Positions 14,501-29,870 of a stretch of DNA of 64,000 nt are shown in pieces (the stretch's first letter is position 1; each line of letters starts with the position of its first letter). A model generated the notes under the pieces. The model ran no database searches and was not told where the DNA came from. It saw only the letters and a list, made by a program, of their open reading frames with translations. The position numbers and the translations under genes were made by a program. The DNA lies in the NCBI RefSeq assembly GCF_009914755.1, contig NC_060930.1; one strand, given 5' to 3'. This DNA comes from the human T2T-CHM13v2.0 reference genome, Homo sapiens.

Positions 14501-17148
14501 CTAACTCACTCACATTAATAGGGGGTATATTTATTAAGTGGCATTCATTTTTCCTTAAGACTTTCTCAATACTACCTCCCCATATTCTCTTCCCCCAGAA
14601 AAGATTCTGAATTTCCAACTCCTACAGGGTTAAGAAGAATATTTTACTTGTAAATACACTTGTAAAGCATTGTTTCAATATTTAAAAAACAATAATGAAG
14701 GCAAACCTACAGACAATATAGCAACAGCAATAAGCTAAATTGTCAGTTTTAGAGAGAAAAATATCTCTGTGCTGTTGTTTAATGAATTCTCCTCAAGACA
14801 GAGCTTTAACATGAGAAGCACTTCATTATGGGTCAATTTAGGAATGAGAATATATTGATTTTTATGCATATACAATTATTTTCATAACCAGACAGAAGCA
14901 GCTTGAAGATTCTTTCAAACAGCCAGTCTGGACCAACAAAGCTCTGGAATGTTGCTACCACAAAGTAACTTCAAATAGAATGTCCAAGTTTAGTATTAGG
15001 CAATCTCAAAAGGAAAATGACTCCACTGGAGTGAACTTTTGTAAGCCAACAGATTCATCGTAAATCTAATGATGAACTGTCCTAATTTATTACCACAAGT
15101 CCAAAAAAGGGTATATGCACATTCACTTATGGCTTATCAGTGGAAATGTCAGAAAGTAGTAGAAAAATAAAATTCCAAACAATCCAAATATAGACAAGTC
15201 CTGTTTATTCAATCTATAGAAAATTCTAATCTTCTAAACCAATTAGATGGAAAAAACATCCTAGAGTATATCAGACTGTAGCCTTAGATATTACTTGAAT
15301 TCAATTTAATAAAGTATTTCTTCAGTACTCCCATGTTTACTAAAAGAATAAACAAAATTAAAAGGAGAAAAGCAAAATTCTAAATTCTACAAACATAAAG
15401 AATCCCAGGAATTTATTATTTCAGCAAAAGGAATACCACCAAAAATACTGAAGTTTGAGAAGTTCTGCAAGAAGTGAACATACTTAAAGTATAGATGGAG
15501 ATTAATGCTCAGCATATACAACATCATTAAAGTATCAATTGTCTAGCAAGTCATAAAGCAGGCCACCAAAAGTTTTCAGAAGACTATTGAGGTTCCTTCC
15601 GCACAAGAATGCATCTGATATTACATTGCTAAAACAGGACTCACTGCAGACAAAGTAAGGACTCCTGAAGGAGTTGATATATAGTAGCTTCCACCAAACA
15701 TGTTGCCTAACATGGTATATGACATTAGTCAAAAGATTAGAGTTGCCTAATGGCTTTTCTATTTCCTTCTTCCACCTCAAAAAAAAAACCAGAATACCAT
15801 CTTGAACTTGATTTTTTTTTTAATTTCCAGCGTTACTTTTCTTGAGGAAAGGACGACAACCAAAGGATTTATAAATCCCACAAAGAATAGTAAAGAATTC
15901 TTTATTTTTATTCTTCTCATTCCCCTAAAAAGTAGAGTAATCATGGATCCACAGACATAAGATACTCTGTGGATACTTTCCTGCCTCTGACATGTAACTC
16001 AAGAGACAGGAGTCTGGCATTTCTACACCCAAACTCCTAACAAGCACCTTTCATGTTTTCAATACTCTTGATTCTAGGGCCTAGAAGACAATTTGATTTT
16101 AAAATTCATCTATAAATGAATACCACTCTTGTGTCAAAACAACCAATTTATATATATTGTCATTCTTTTAATAAAAGGGTGGAGAGCAGCTTCAGTTTCC
16201 ATGGTTGTTTAGGCCATATACAAGTTCAGAAAATCCCAAAACTATTTATGATTAGACTAACAGAATGCTCTAAAAAGATCAGATAACATGAAAATAAAAC
16301 TAAACTATTTTTGTATGCTTTCCATCGAAAAATTACTCTATTAAACAGCTTAGCTGTTAAGAAATTAAAAAAAAAAAAAAAGGAAACTCATACAGTGGTT
16401 GTCAGTGCAGAGAAGAGAATGATAAACATCTGACAACCATGCCATAAATTATAATGTAGTAAAGGTCACAGACAACTCCAAAAATAGGATTCTGCTGTTC
16501 CCACAACAAAGGTTTTCAATTCTCAATGTATGACAGGAAGCCCCATCTTCTATGGATAAAATCTGGCCTAATTATCATCATACAAATGTTGGTATTCAGT
16601 AGAACTAGGATTCCACACATTTCAGATGATAACTGTAAAAAATTGAGCCCAATAAATTAAATGTATATCATTAACATTTTAGCGTGTAAAGCAGATTTAA
16701 GTTTAGGCATAAAATCATAAAGTAGTTACAAATAACTTTAGGATTATGGCATATTTCTAAATCTGACAAGAAACAGGATACTATTTTTGGTCATCTCCTT
16801 TACACCCAATTTGTTTCCAGAAACAAACTCTTCTTTTTCAATAACAGTTAGCTGTTGTAGGATTATAAGATCATCTTTAAAGTATGTTAACTATGCTTTA
16901 AACAGTAAAGAGCTCATCTCTTTAGGGCATATCTCTGTATTTCACAAATACTAAAAACCCATTTATACAAAGCCTAGTTCAGGTTAATACTGTGTTAATC
17001 AGGTAACCATTAATTTAGGTGAATCCTCTAAGCCTCATTTTTCTCACCTGTGATAGAAAGAGACTTGAGGAAAATATTAGAGCTTACATGTCCAACTAAC
17101 AAATTGTTATTAGAACTAGTTAATCTGTCAATCACAGCATTATTTTTT

Positions 17149-17595
17149 AAATTGTTTAACTTATTATTAAAAATGAGGGCCAGGCATGGTCATTCACACT
17201 TGTAATCCCAGGAATTACCTGAGCTCAGGAGTTTGAGACCAGCTTGTGCAGCACAGTGAAACCCTGTCCCTACCAAAAATACAAAAATTAGCCAGGCATG
17301 GTGGCGCACACCTGTGGTCTCAGCTACTCAGGAGGCTGAGGCAGGGAGATCGCTAGAGCCTGGGAAGTTGAGGTGCAGTGAGCCACGACTGCACAACTGC
17401 ACTCCAGCCTGGGTGACAGAGCAAGACCCTGTCAGTCATTCATTCATCCATTCATAAAAACAATTAATTAATTAAAAATGAGATGGGGTCTCATTATGTT
17501 GCCCAAGCTGGTCTCGAACTCCTGGGCTCAAACATTCGTCCCGCCTAGGCCTTCCAAAGTGTTGGAATTATAGATGTGAGCCACCATGCCCTGCC
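17149..17595. mobile_element. AluJ (+, 17178-~17470) nested in the tail of an antisense Alu monomer (FLAM-like, -, to 17595)
   Basis: Inner TSD attaaaaatgag at 17166-17177 and 17471-17482. Outer TSD cacagcattattttt at 17133-17147 and 17596-17610. Confidence 0.8.
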
Positions 17596-18298
17596 CACAG
17601 CATTATTTTTAATTAACAATTTTCTAATAGTTTTAGTCATAAAAATCCCTTATTTAACTTTAGTGATTTATTGAAGCATACCAATTATGCACTAAGTACT
17701 AGGATACTAAATAAACACACAGTTTCTTTACTTCAGAAACTATCAGTCTAGCTGGGGATACAAACATGTAAATTGAAATTGTGCTATAATCTGACAGATA
17801 TCCTCATATAGATAACACTAAAGCCCTATTAAAAACCAGTAGAGGTGACAACCAATTCCACCTTAATAACTAATGAAAGGTTTCACTAGGAAGTGATATT
17901 TAAACTGAACCTTAAGAATCAACTGAAGCTTGCATGGCAGACAATCAAAAGGTGGAGAACACATTCCAGGCAGAGATAGAACAACATGTGCAAAGAACAA
18001 AATCACAAAAGGGAATGGAGTATTTATGGAAAGGTGACATGTTTCATGTGACTGAAGTACAACTTACCAGTGTCAACGTAGGGGATGACTCCTGTATATG
18101 CTTCATGATAAACTCCTGGCCAACTCCCTCCTTTCCCATGTTTTGTCTCAAAATAATTTTTAAAATTTCTGACCTTTTAAGACCACTTAAGCCCAAAAAC
18201 CTCACAAAACCATATGTTCAAATAGGAATTACCAAGTCTAATTATTATTCCTTTCTTAACTGTATTCTGCTACACATCTTCATAAAAGGTGACTACTC

Positions 18299-18600
<302 letters not shown>

Positions 18601-18800
18601 TCAAATATAAATAAAATCTTCCCATAATTTTCCAATCCACTAGATCTACAATAAGCAAATATCAACATAAGCAAATATCAACATAAGCAACTTAAAGGAT
18701 GAATCTCAATAAAGAACAAAAGAAAATCTATTTATATTTTACCTGAAGAATTCAAACAAAAGTCATTAAATATATGTCAAGTTTAAGCTGCTATGTTCCT

Positions 18801-19352
18801 TATTTTTAACTTTTGTTTTAAGTTTGGGGGTATGTGTGAAGGTTTGTTACACAGGTAAACACATGTCATGGGGAGCTTGTTGTATGTATTACTTCATCAT
18901 CCCGTTATTAAGCCCAGTACCCAACAGTTTTCTGCTCCTCTGCCTCCTCCCATCCTCCCCGCTCAAGTAGACCCCAGCGTCTGTTGTTTCCTTCTTTGTG
19001 TTCATAAGTTCTTATCATCTTGCTCCCACCTGTAAGTGAGAACCTGTGGTATTTGGTTTTCTTTTCCTATGTTAGTTTGCTAGGGATAATGACCTCCAGC
19101 TCCATCCATGTTCCCGCAAAAGACATGATATCATTCTTTTTTATGGCTGCATAGTATTGCATGGTGTATATGTACCACATTTTCTTTATCCAGTCTGTCA
19201 CTGATGAGCACTTAGGCCGGTTCATGTCTTTGCTATTGTGAATAGTGCTGCAATGAATATTCATGGGTGTATGTCTTTACGGCAGAAAGATTTACACTCC
19301 TCTGGATATATACCCAGTAATGGGATTGTTGGGTCGAATGGTAGTTCTGCTT
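18801..19352 (-). mobile_element. L1 (L1PA/PB) 3' fragment
   Basis: The minus-strand ORF 19067-19264 reads DWIKKMWYIYTMQYYAAIKKN..SFAGTWMELE, the L1 ORF2 C-terminus, followed by 3'UTR. Confidence 0.9.
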
Positions 19353-20561
19353 TTATAAGCTGCTATTTTCTAAGTAGAAGTGTTATAGACAACCTAAATA
19401 ACAGCCTTTAGCCACCTGTTTAGACAATGAAGAATATATGCTAGAAAAATACAGGTGGTTAATAACTCTTTAAGGAAAGAAAATTTGATAGAAGTTGAGT
19501 GTTTGGAACTCCTTGCTACAGACCAATATTATGAAGGGGGACAGAGTCTCAAGCCAAAAATGCCCAGTCTACTATATAATTCAGAATATAATAGACCCAA
19601 GTTGAACACTACAGAATCTAAACACCATAAACCATATGGTTTCTTTGCCAAAGTAAATGCCGGGTTCTAACTAGTCATGCCTGATACTTACCTTCCCCTT
19701 TGCCATTCTTTCAGCACTTCCTTCTGCTCCCTTCAGCACTTTCCTCTCTCAGGAATGGGCTAACAGGTTGAGATGGGCTTTTATGGGATGTATAAAAGGA
19801 CTTAGGAGAAAATAAAATCTGACACCTGGGGTAAGGTAGTAATATGTTGATTAACAATAATATATCAACAAATGTTAACAGTCACTATGTCTGGCAGTTA
19901 ATTACTGACTTTTTTTCTCCGTTTTTCATTTTTCTTATTTCAAAATTGACACATAAGTATACTGATTGAAAACAAAATGTCCCCAAGTGTTAATAACGAT
20001 TATCTCTGGACAGTTAATACAGTTAATTTTCAGTCTATATATAATTTTTCTGTAATGACATGTAAATTCTTATTTTATTAATCATCAAAGTATAGGCCCC
20101 ACAGGCAGCAATAGCTTGTGGGATCTCTGAAAGAAGGCATGATGGAAACTACTACTATTAAGTAGAAGTCTGTAAATAGGATATGTCTGTGGTAGTGAGA
20201 TAATAATAATTACTATGTGTTCCAAGCTTGACAGTCTTCAGTACTTAACATCAAATCTTATTAAAATGTTACTTAAGATAACATTCTATAAAACTATAAA
20301 ATCATAAAAAGGAATAACAATTTGAATCTATATTTTTGGTAAAACACTTCCCATTTAACACTATTTTATTTTAGATTAAAATTAAGATCCAGGGAACAAT
20401 TTGTTGTATGCATTTCCTTTTTATGAGATTGGCTCTGGAGCTATTAATACAGTGACTGATCAAACCAATTACATCTACAGAGTAACAGATTTAAAGAAAC
20501 TATATGTTAGAACTTTTACCCAAAAGAATAACCCAAAACAAGCTGTACCTTAAACCAAATA

Positions 20562-21642
20562 CAGCAGGTCCTCAAATAACATCATTTCTATGTCATTTTG
20601 TTATAACATTTAAGTATGTGTGGGGCTTGCATATTCTCCCCACATCTGTGGGACTCTGGTTTCCTCCCATATCCCAAAACAGTGCACATTAGGTTCACTG
20701 GCATGTTTAAGTTGTCCTGGGTTGAGTGTGAGTGTGTACATGAGTGTATCCTGTGATGGAGTGGCCTCCTATCCAAGGTGGGTTCCTCCCTCCTTGAGCT
20801 GCTGGGATTGGCTCCAGCCACCAGCACCCCAAACCAGAATAAGAGGGTTGAAAAATGAATGAATGGATGAATACAAATTATTATCGAATAAAAATTGGTA
20901 AAGTCTAGGGTGATCATACAAATGCATGACAATAAACGCTATGGCACAAAAGCACTCAGAGATCCCACCGTATTTGAATTGTTTTTGATCTGCATGGAGC
21001 TGGATGTGCTCCTGACAATTTTCATTTCTCAAACATGATTCCATGTTTTTAATAGACCACCACAACCACTGTTACTCACTGATTCACCAAATACTGGGTA
21101 ATTATCTTTGTTGGCTTTTTTTTTTTTTTCCTGGGACAGAGTTTTGCTCTGTCACCCAGGCTGGAGTACAGTGGCATGATCTGGGCTCAATGCAACCCCT
21201 GCCTCCTGGGCTCCAACGATCCTCCCAAGTAGCTAGGATTACAGGCACATGCCACCAGCCTAGCTAATTTTTATATTTTTAGTAGAGACAGGGTTTCACC
21301 ATGTTGGCCAGGCTGGTCTCAAACTCCTGACCTCAGGGGAACTGCCCGCCTTGGCCTCCCAAAGTGCTGGGATTACAGGCATGAGCCACTGCACCTGGCC
21401 TATCTGGTTTTTATTAATCTTTCTTAAATGTATACATAGTTCATATTTCTCTCAACGTTTAATATTAGAAGTGTTTGGGGTCTTTATTGAGAAGTTTGGT
21501 GATGTTTTTGTGACCAGAAATATGCTATAGGAACTTAACTCTTGTTTACATCAATCAGCCTAGGGTAAAAATGGTTTTGTTATATGTTGTTTTGCGTAAA
21601 GTCATGGTTTCCAGGAACTTATGGAAGACACTGAGGATTACT
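20562..21642 (+). mobile_element. MER6-like Tigger-family DNA transposon interrupted by an antisense Alu (21116-21400)
   Basis: ta-cagcaggtcctcaaataac start, MER6-like body resuming after the Alu, end near tgaggattact. Confidence 0.7.
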
Positions 21643-21770
21643 CCAATACTTGTAGTAAATTTGGGAGAAAAAGGCAAGGACTAAAGTTACTACTCCTAAC
21701 ACAAATGAGACGGTCATGGTGTGCCCCATCAAAAAAGGAGAGAAAGAGAGACAGACACATAGAAACACGT

Positions 21771-21776
<6 letters not shown>

Positions 21777-21849
<73 letters not shown>
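21777..21849. repeat. Compound (CA)n(GA)n microsatellite
   Basis: Seen directly, about 130 bp upstream of the PLN exon 2 acceptor. Confidence 0.95.
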
Positions 21850-21976
21850 CTATAGAAACATGATGTTATAAATAACAATAGTGCTGAGGAAGATGAATTA
21901 GTGTAAAATTGTATTTTTTGTTCTGAGGATAGGTTACATAGATGATTCTAATCCATTTATTATTTTTACATTCCAG

Positions 21977-23520
21977 GCTACCTAAAAGAAGACAGTTATC
22001 TCATATTTGGCTGCCAGCTTTTTATCTTTCTCTCGACCACTTAAAACTTCAGACTTCCTGTCCTGCTGGTATCATGGAGAAAGTCCAATACCTCACTCGC
22101 TCAGCTATAAGAAGAGCCTCAACCATTGAAATGCCTCAACAAGCACGTCAAAAGCTACAGAATCTATTTATCAATTTCTGTCTCATCTTAATATGTCTCT
22201 TGCTGATCTGTATCATCGTGATGCTTCTCTGAAGTTCTGCTACAACCTCTAGATCTGCAGCTTGCCACATCAGCTTAAAATCTGTCATCCCATGCAGACA
22301 GGAAAACAATATTGTATAACAGACCACTTCCTGAGTAGAAGAGTTTCTTTGTGAAAAGGTCAAGATTAAGACTAAAACTTATTGTTACCATATGTATTCA
22401 TCTGTTGGATCTTGTAAACATGAAAAGGGCTTTATTTTCAAAAATTAACTTCAAAATAAGTGTATAAAATGCAACTGTTGATTTCCTCAACATGGCTCAC
22501 AAATTTCTATCCCAAATCTTTTCTGAAGATGAAGAGTTTAGTTTTAAAACTGCACTGCCAACAAGTTCACTTCATATATAAAGCATTATTTTTACTCTTT
22601 TGAGGTGAATATAATTTATATTACAATGGAAAAGCTTCTTTAATACTAAGTATTTTTCAGGTCTTCACCAAGTATCAAAGTAATAACACAAATGAAGTGT
22701 CATTATTCAAAATAGTCCACTGACTCCTCACATCTGTTATCTTATTATAAAGAACTATTTGTAGTAACTATCAGAATCTACATTCTAAAACAGAAATTGT
22801 ATTTTTTCTATGCCACATTAACATCTTTTAAAGTTGATGAGAATCAAGTATGGAAAAGTAAGGCCATACTCTTACATAATAAAATTCCTTTTAAGTAATT
22901 TTTTCAAAGAATCACAGAATTCTAGTACATGTAGGTAAATCATAAATCTGTTCTAAGACATATGATCAACAGATGAGAACTGGTGGTTAATATGTGACAG
23001 TGAGATTAGTCATATCACTAATATACTAACAACAGAATCTAATCTTCATTTAAGGCACTGTAGTGAATTATCTGAGCTAGAGTTACCTAGCTTACCATAC
23101 TATATCTTTGGAATCATGAAACCTTAAGACTTCAGAATGATTTTGCAGGTTGTCTTCCATTCCAGCCTAACATCCAATGCAGGCAAGGAAAATAAAAGAT
23201 TTCCAGTGACAGAAAAATATATTATCTCAAGTATTTTTTAAAAATATATGAATTCTCTCTCCAAATATTAACTAATTATTAGATTATATTTTGAAATGAA
23301 CTTGTTGGCCCATCTATTACATCTACAGCTGACCCTTGAACATGGGGGTTAGGGGAGCTGACAATTCGTGGGTCCGCAAAATCTTAACTACCTAATAGCC
23401 TACTATTGACCATAAACCTTACTGATAACATAAACAGTAAATTAACACATATTTTGCGTGTTATATGTATTATACACTATATTCCTACAATAAAGTAAGC
23501 TAGAGAAAATGTTATTTAGA
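21977..23520 (+). other. PLN: PLN exon 2 (97-nt UTR, CDS, 3' UTR; 3' end approximate, longer forms may extend to ~24870)
   Basis: Acceptor tttttacattccag|G at 21976/21977. AATAAA at 22878, 23191 and 23489; ATTAAA at 24842. Confidence 0.8.
22074..22232 (+). CDS. PLN: Cardiac phospholamban (52 aa SERCA2a regulator)
   Basis: [57 protein letters not shown] phospho-motif (S16/T17) and C-terminal TM helix. K27 is the human residue; R9, R14 and L39 are intact. Confidence 0.99.
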   Translation: MEKVQYLTRSAIRRASTIEMPQQARQKLQNLFINFCLILICLLLICIIVMLL

Positions 23521-23753
23521 AAATCATAAGAAAGAGAAAATATATTTACTATTCATTAAATGGAAGTGGGTCAACATAAAAGTCTTCATTCTCATTGTCT
23601 TCACATTGAGTAGGCAGAGGAGGAGAAAGATGGGGAGGAAGAGAAGGCGTTGGTCTTGCAGTCTTGTCTTAGGGGTGTGGGGAGTGGGGGAAAGAATATT
23701 CATGTATAAGTGGACCCTTGCAATTCAAGCCCTTGTTGTTCAAGGGTCAACTG
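23326..23753 (+). mobile_element. Tigger2a-like non-autonomous DNA transposon in the PLN 3' UTR
   Basis: Terminal inverted repeats cagctgacccttgaaca ... tgttcaagggtcaactg, with TA duplication on both sides. Confidence 0.85.
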
Positions 23754-25514
23754 TAATAGGATATAGCTATTTTTCTTCCTCTATCAACCAAATGGTAAGC
23801 ATCTATTTTGTAGTCCACTCTACTGAGCTAAATTATAGATCCAGCTATGCTATTTATAATTATTTTCTTGATGAATAAATTTTCAATTTCTCCTCTGACC
23901 ATTTCAGAACATCTTCCAATAACTCATAAAACAACTGAAGTAAAATTGAGTGCTGGAAAATATATTCACCAAACTTTGGTAATTTAAGTTGACTAAAGTT
24001 TAAAATTAAGTCTAAAATAGTTTACACCTATACTGCATAATCCAACAATTTTAATTTCAGTTGAAGACATGTTACTAATATAACTATTATTAAAAGAGTA
24101 GAGGATGTGTAATTAACCATATCTTCTAAAACATGGTTACTAAAAGAATATGTAACATCAATATTGACCTTGGTTTCTTACACAAGTGTTGCTAACTCAA
24201 TAGTGAAGGAGACACTATTAAATTTTCTGAACCCATGAGAGATACTAGAGATGGGGAGTGGAAAGTGTTTGGTTCAGGGATATCTGAAGAACAGAAGGGC
24301 AGAGATTTCTTAAGTGACGCCTCATCTACAAGCTGGAAATTCCTAAAAACAAGTAGAAAGCTTATAAACAACAGGTGATACACTCACCTCACTGGTTTTA
24401 GTAAATTACCAATACAGAAAGTATCCCTAGTCTTAAAAACAAGTGGAAAATTTGAACTGATTAGTCATATTCCTTTGATTACACTGTTTGTTACAATATT
24501 TTTCTCAGTAAACAGAAATAACTAATTTTTTTGTTCTTCATTCTTTGATAGAAATTAAAATCTTATTCTGTGAGGATTACAGAATACTATAACTCAAATT
24601 ATAAAGTAGAATAAACTCTTTAAATAATTATTCTTCATCATAAAGTGTAAAGAATAAGATATAAGAAAACAATTTATTTTTAAAATTTAATATACTAAAT
24701 GCTCAAATATGTTCTACTATAGAATAAGTTCTTATCTTAATTTACAGGGCACTAAAAACAATTTTAAAATGCTTAATGTTGCCTTTTATATTTTAATTGG
24801 TTAAGAATATATATTTGTTTAATGCAAATCAGAATCACTATATTAAAATGAATGTTCTTGAAAACTCAGTGGGGCTGCTCTATAATACACTTACAATTGA
24901 TACTAACGATAAAACGCTCTAATTATAGTTTTAATTTTATAGGGGTTTTTTTGGTGACTTTCCCCAAATAAAACAAAATCAAGACGCCCAAGTCCAGACA
25001 CACAAGAGGGCAGACGTATATAAGATAACAAATTGCTACTACATAGCGATTATTTATCTTTTGATTATTTTTGAGACTTCTGGCAAAGTAGGACTATAAT
25101 AAATTTTCAGAAAAGATCTGCTCTTCTGCTAAGTAACAGCACACTTCAAAATGTCCAGAAATTTTATGCTAATATTACATAGAAAACTTGACAGATGAAA
25201 AAAGTGAAACACATTACTAATTTTATTCATTAAAACAGGTATATAAAAGTCCTCTTTAACTACCTAATGAATGTGTCATATCCTAATATAGGGAGTGTCA
25301 TAGTGTTCACATCTTTGAATATATAAATTATCTCAAACAGTTAAAAAATTAAAGCCAGAACAGGGTACAAAAATAAGAATAAAAATAAGAAAACTTTCTG
25401 TTCACAGGACGTAACAGAATACTTTAAACACTCTCAAGTTATAAATAAAACTTTTTCATTATTATTTCATGTTAGACAAAAAACAAGTCATTTTACTTTA
25501 ACTCATTTTATCAA

Positions 25515-25813
25515 TTTTTTTTTTTTAAATCAAGAGACAGGGTGTTACTCTGTCATGCAGGCTGGAATGCAGTCACATGATCATTGCACACTGCAGCCTT
25601 GAACTCTTGGGGTGCAAAGGATTCTCCAACCTTGGTTCCCAAGTAGCTGGCACTACAGGGGCACATCACCATATATGGCTAATTCTTTTTATTTTTTGTA
25701 GAGATGGGGTCTCATTGCCCAGGCTGGTCCCAAACTCCTATCCTCAAGCTATCCACCCCCCATCAGCCTCCCAAAGTGTTGGGATTACAGGGGTGAGCTA
25801 CCATGTTTGGTCC
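25515..25813 (-). mobile_element. AluJ
   Basis: Poly-T followed by a diverged reverse-complement Alu dimer. Confidence 0.85.
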
Positions 25814-26769
25814 AAATTTTTTGTTTATACAAGGGAAAATCTCCAGTAAAATATGTATAGGTGCCAATACCATAACTGTTCAAACACCCTTATGACTAAA
25901 TAGGCACAAAATTTCATCTTTTTAATGACTGCCACCTGAAGTTCAGAAACATCCTAGGGAAAAAAGGATAAACAACTTCATCAATAAAGAGGCTACTATT
26001 ATTTCACTACTGTCTGGGAGATCCATCGTGGGCTTACAGGAATCCAAATGGATACTGCCGTTACGTGTAGAAGTGTTTATTCTCCATCCCTTCCACCCTA
26101 CCTTCCCCAAGAAAAGGAACTCAAGGGGGCCATGGAAAGGGAAGGAGTCTTCCCAAAAAGACCAGACTGTTTTTCCTCCTCTGTCATAGTCCCTATAGAG
26201 TCAGGCAGCTTAGGGGTTGCAGGGGGTGGGTAGCATAAGTGTGATGTACTACCGAGGAAAGAGTCAAAGACTAGCAGTAGGCATTACACATGGAGCCTTC
26301 TGTCATAAACCATCTGAGGGCATAATGGCTTCTTTTCATTCACAAAGGAAAATGATTCAGAGTACTACACTCCTGCACTCTTGATGATTTAGCAGAAAAC
26401 CATGGAAATCAAGGAACAACACACACATAAGAATGTGTGTCTGGCTCAATAATTATTCTGGACTAAGTCCTAGGAAGAGCAAACCTTCAATGTTACAAAT
26501 TAACCTGGGGAGTGGGGAGCTGTGAGAATCAAATGAGATAAAATACTGTGAAAGCTACAGAATTCTATAACATATAAATCTAAGGTTTTATTAGATTATG
26601 ACTTTCAGCCAAATTCCTTTTCTTAGTTGTAAAAATATTGTTTTTTCATGGTGAGTGTTTAGGAGTTGTGCTTGCAAATCACAATTTATCAGACGGCCTG
26701 GTCCTTATTAAGGTTCTTCTCTTTATGTAAAAATTAGACTAAAAGAAAATCAGTGTTTCTATGATTTTT

Positions 26770-26902
26770 ATCTTTTTTCCTTTTTAAGGACGGGGTCTGG
26801 CCATGTTGCCCAGGCTAGTCTCAAACTCCTGGACTCAGGCAATTCTCCTGCCTTGGCCTCCCAAATTGCTGGGATTACAGGCGTGCGCTACAGTGCCTGG
26901 CC
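26770..26902 (-). mobile_element. Alu monomer (FLAM-like)
   Basis: Single reverse-complement left arm with a T-rich tail. Confidence 0.8.
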
Positions 26903-28224
26903 AGAAGTCAATGTTTCAAAGAGGCTTTTAAGAAACAACTATGATGAAAGCTTTTAAAATAAAGATAATACTACTTGGAGGCTCCAAGAAGGTATTTAAC
27001 AACTTTTTTCTGTAGTTTTCTAAGGAGGAAATTAGAAGGGAAGCAGTCATTTAATGATTACAACTTAGTTTGTCTAGTTTTCTTTACCTGAATTCATCTT
27101 TCTACTCCAAAACTTAAAAGCGCTATAAAGAGACCATCCCAAATAAAGTTAATCAAGAAGTAGGGCTTTCCAGGGTATATGCAAATTTTGCTCTTTAGTT
27201 GCCTTCTCTCTCTACTATGCACTAGAAAGAAGATTTAAAAACAAATTTATCTCAACAGTGTGTCCCCAACCTCCCTACCCTCCTCTGCATTGCTTTGAGG
27301 CTAAGAAAAACACCTTGTTTAAACCAGAGATTTGTCCAAGCAGAATAAAAAGCATGAATCAGTATTTACTCCTTGAAATTTGCCCAATTATCTCTATCAC
27401 ACCTACTCTAGTTTGGAATAGCATACTCAGCCCCACTGGACAGCTCCAATTCTGTGTAAAGACACCAGCTGGAGAAACAACTGCCTGGATCTCTGTTTTC
27501 CTATAATGACAAACATTTGAAAACTAAAACTTGACAGTATTTGAAAAATTAGGTTTCCTATTTTTCATCACTTGAATGGATAAATCACAAATTTCTAATT
27601 CAATCATAATGATTCTTCTGTTTTGATTGTGTTGTTTAAATACATAATCAAAATTATAAGAACTGTATCTAAAATAAGAATAAAGGTACATGCGACATGT
27701 TAAGGGTTCTCCTATGAATGTAGTATGTTAGGGTTCTATGTTTTGAGATCATACTCATATTTGTGAGGTTCCTGGACAAGTGATTTCCTTATCCTTTCAT
27801 AGCCTATGTTCATTTATTCTATTTGTTTTTATTAGTAGTAGTAATGAATACCAATTTTACATTTTTACTCTAGGGAAAATTTGCAATTTTTTATAGAATT
27901 AATTTGTTTCAGAAAATTCTGATGATAAAAAACAGATGACAGGACTTATATCAGAAAATTAGTTTCCTTGTTAAAACAAGCTACAGAAAATTGTCTTGGA
28001 ATAGAAACATTCCCAGATTAAGAAATTTACACATTTACATGCTATTCCCTAGACCAACTGGGGGCTGTATACTATTTTTCTTTATATATGATATCATCAT
28101 AAAGCACTTTCTATAAGCTGATTAATGAATGCCTTGACACATAATTTTTTTTAAAAAAAAGTACATCTGATTTATAAACCTAAATACATCATGTATCACC
28201 AAAACTTTACAAATGACTGTAGTT

Positions 28225-28350
28225 CCACCTTCTCATTGTACAGATGAAGAAACTGAGGCCCAGAGAAATTAAGTGAAAAAGTCATCCACGTTCTAAATCT
28301 AACAGAACCAGACACAAAATCTAAGACCTTGTATAGCCAAGTTGATGCTC
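28225..28350 (-). mobile_element. MIR fragment
   Basis: MIR core cattgtacagatgaagaaactgaggcccagagaaattaagtga. Confidence 0.7.
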
Positions 28351-28664
28351 TTTCTATTATACCTATGCTAGCTTTTTTGTTTCTGTTTCCAAGTTTATTT
28401 AGATTGAGTATGTTTTGCTTTATTTTTATGCCCATTTAACAAATGAAAAGGAAAGAACAAGCTAGGTACAAGGTTTTCAGATTTTCATGTTAATTAGTCT
28501 CAAATGCTTTGCAAGTTTATCAACAACACTTTTCGGTTTGTAACATTTCTGCCTATTAACTTGCAGGGAAAAGGAAATGCAAAACAATCTGTGAACACTT
28601 GTCATATGCTTACTGTAAGTGTGCTACTGTACTCATAACATCCACTGGAGGGAAGCAAACACTA

Positions 28665-29486
<822 letters not shown>

Positions 29487-29569
29487 TCAAATTAGTTACA
29501 ATTAACAGACAAAAGAGAATGAGGTAAAATGCAATATGCCAAAAGAAATATCTGAACATGGTTTCATAG

Positions 29570-29870
<301 letters not shown>

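Noticed and set aside
21942-22232. 96-aa ORF as the PLN product
   Set aside because: Its ATG is intronic, upstream of the acceptor at 21976; the established protein starts at 22074
22074-22232. Cardiomyopathy alleles in PLN (R9C, R14del, L39stop)
   Set aside because: The CDS translates to the wild-type human sequence
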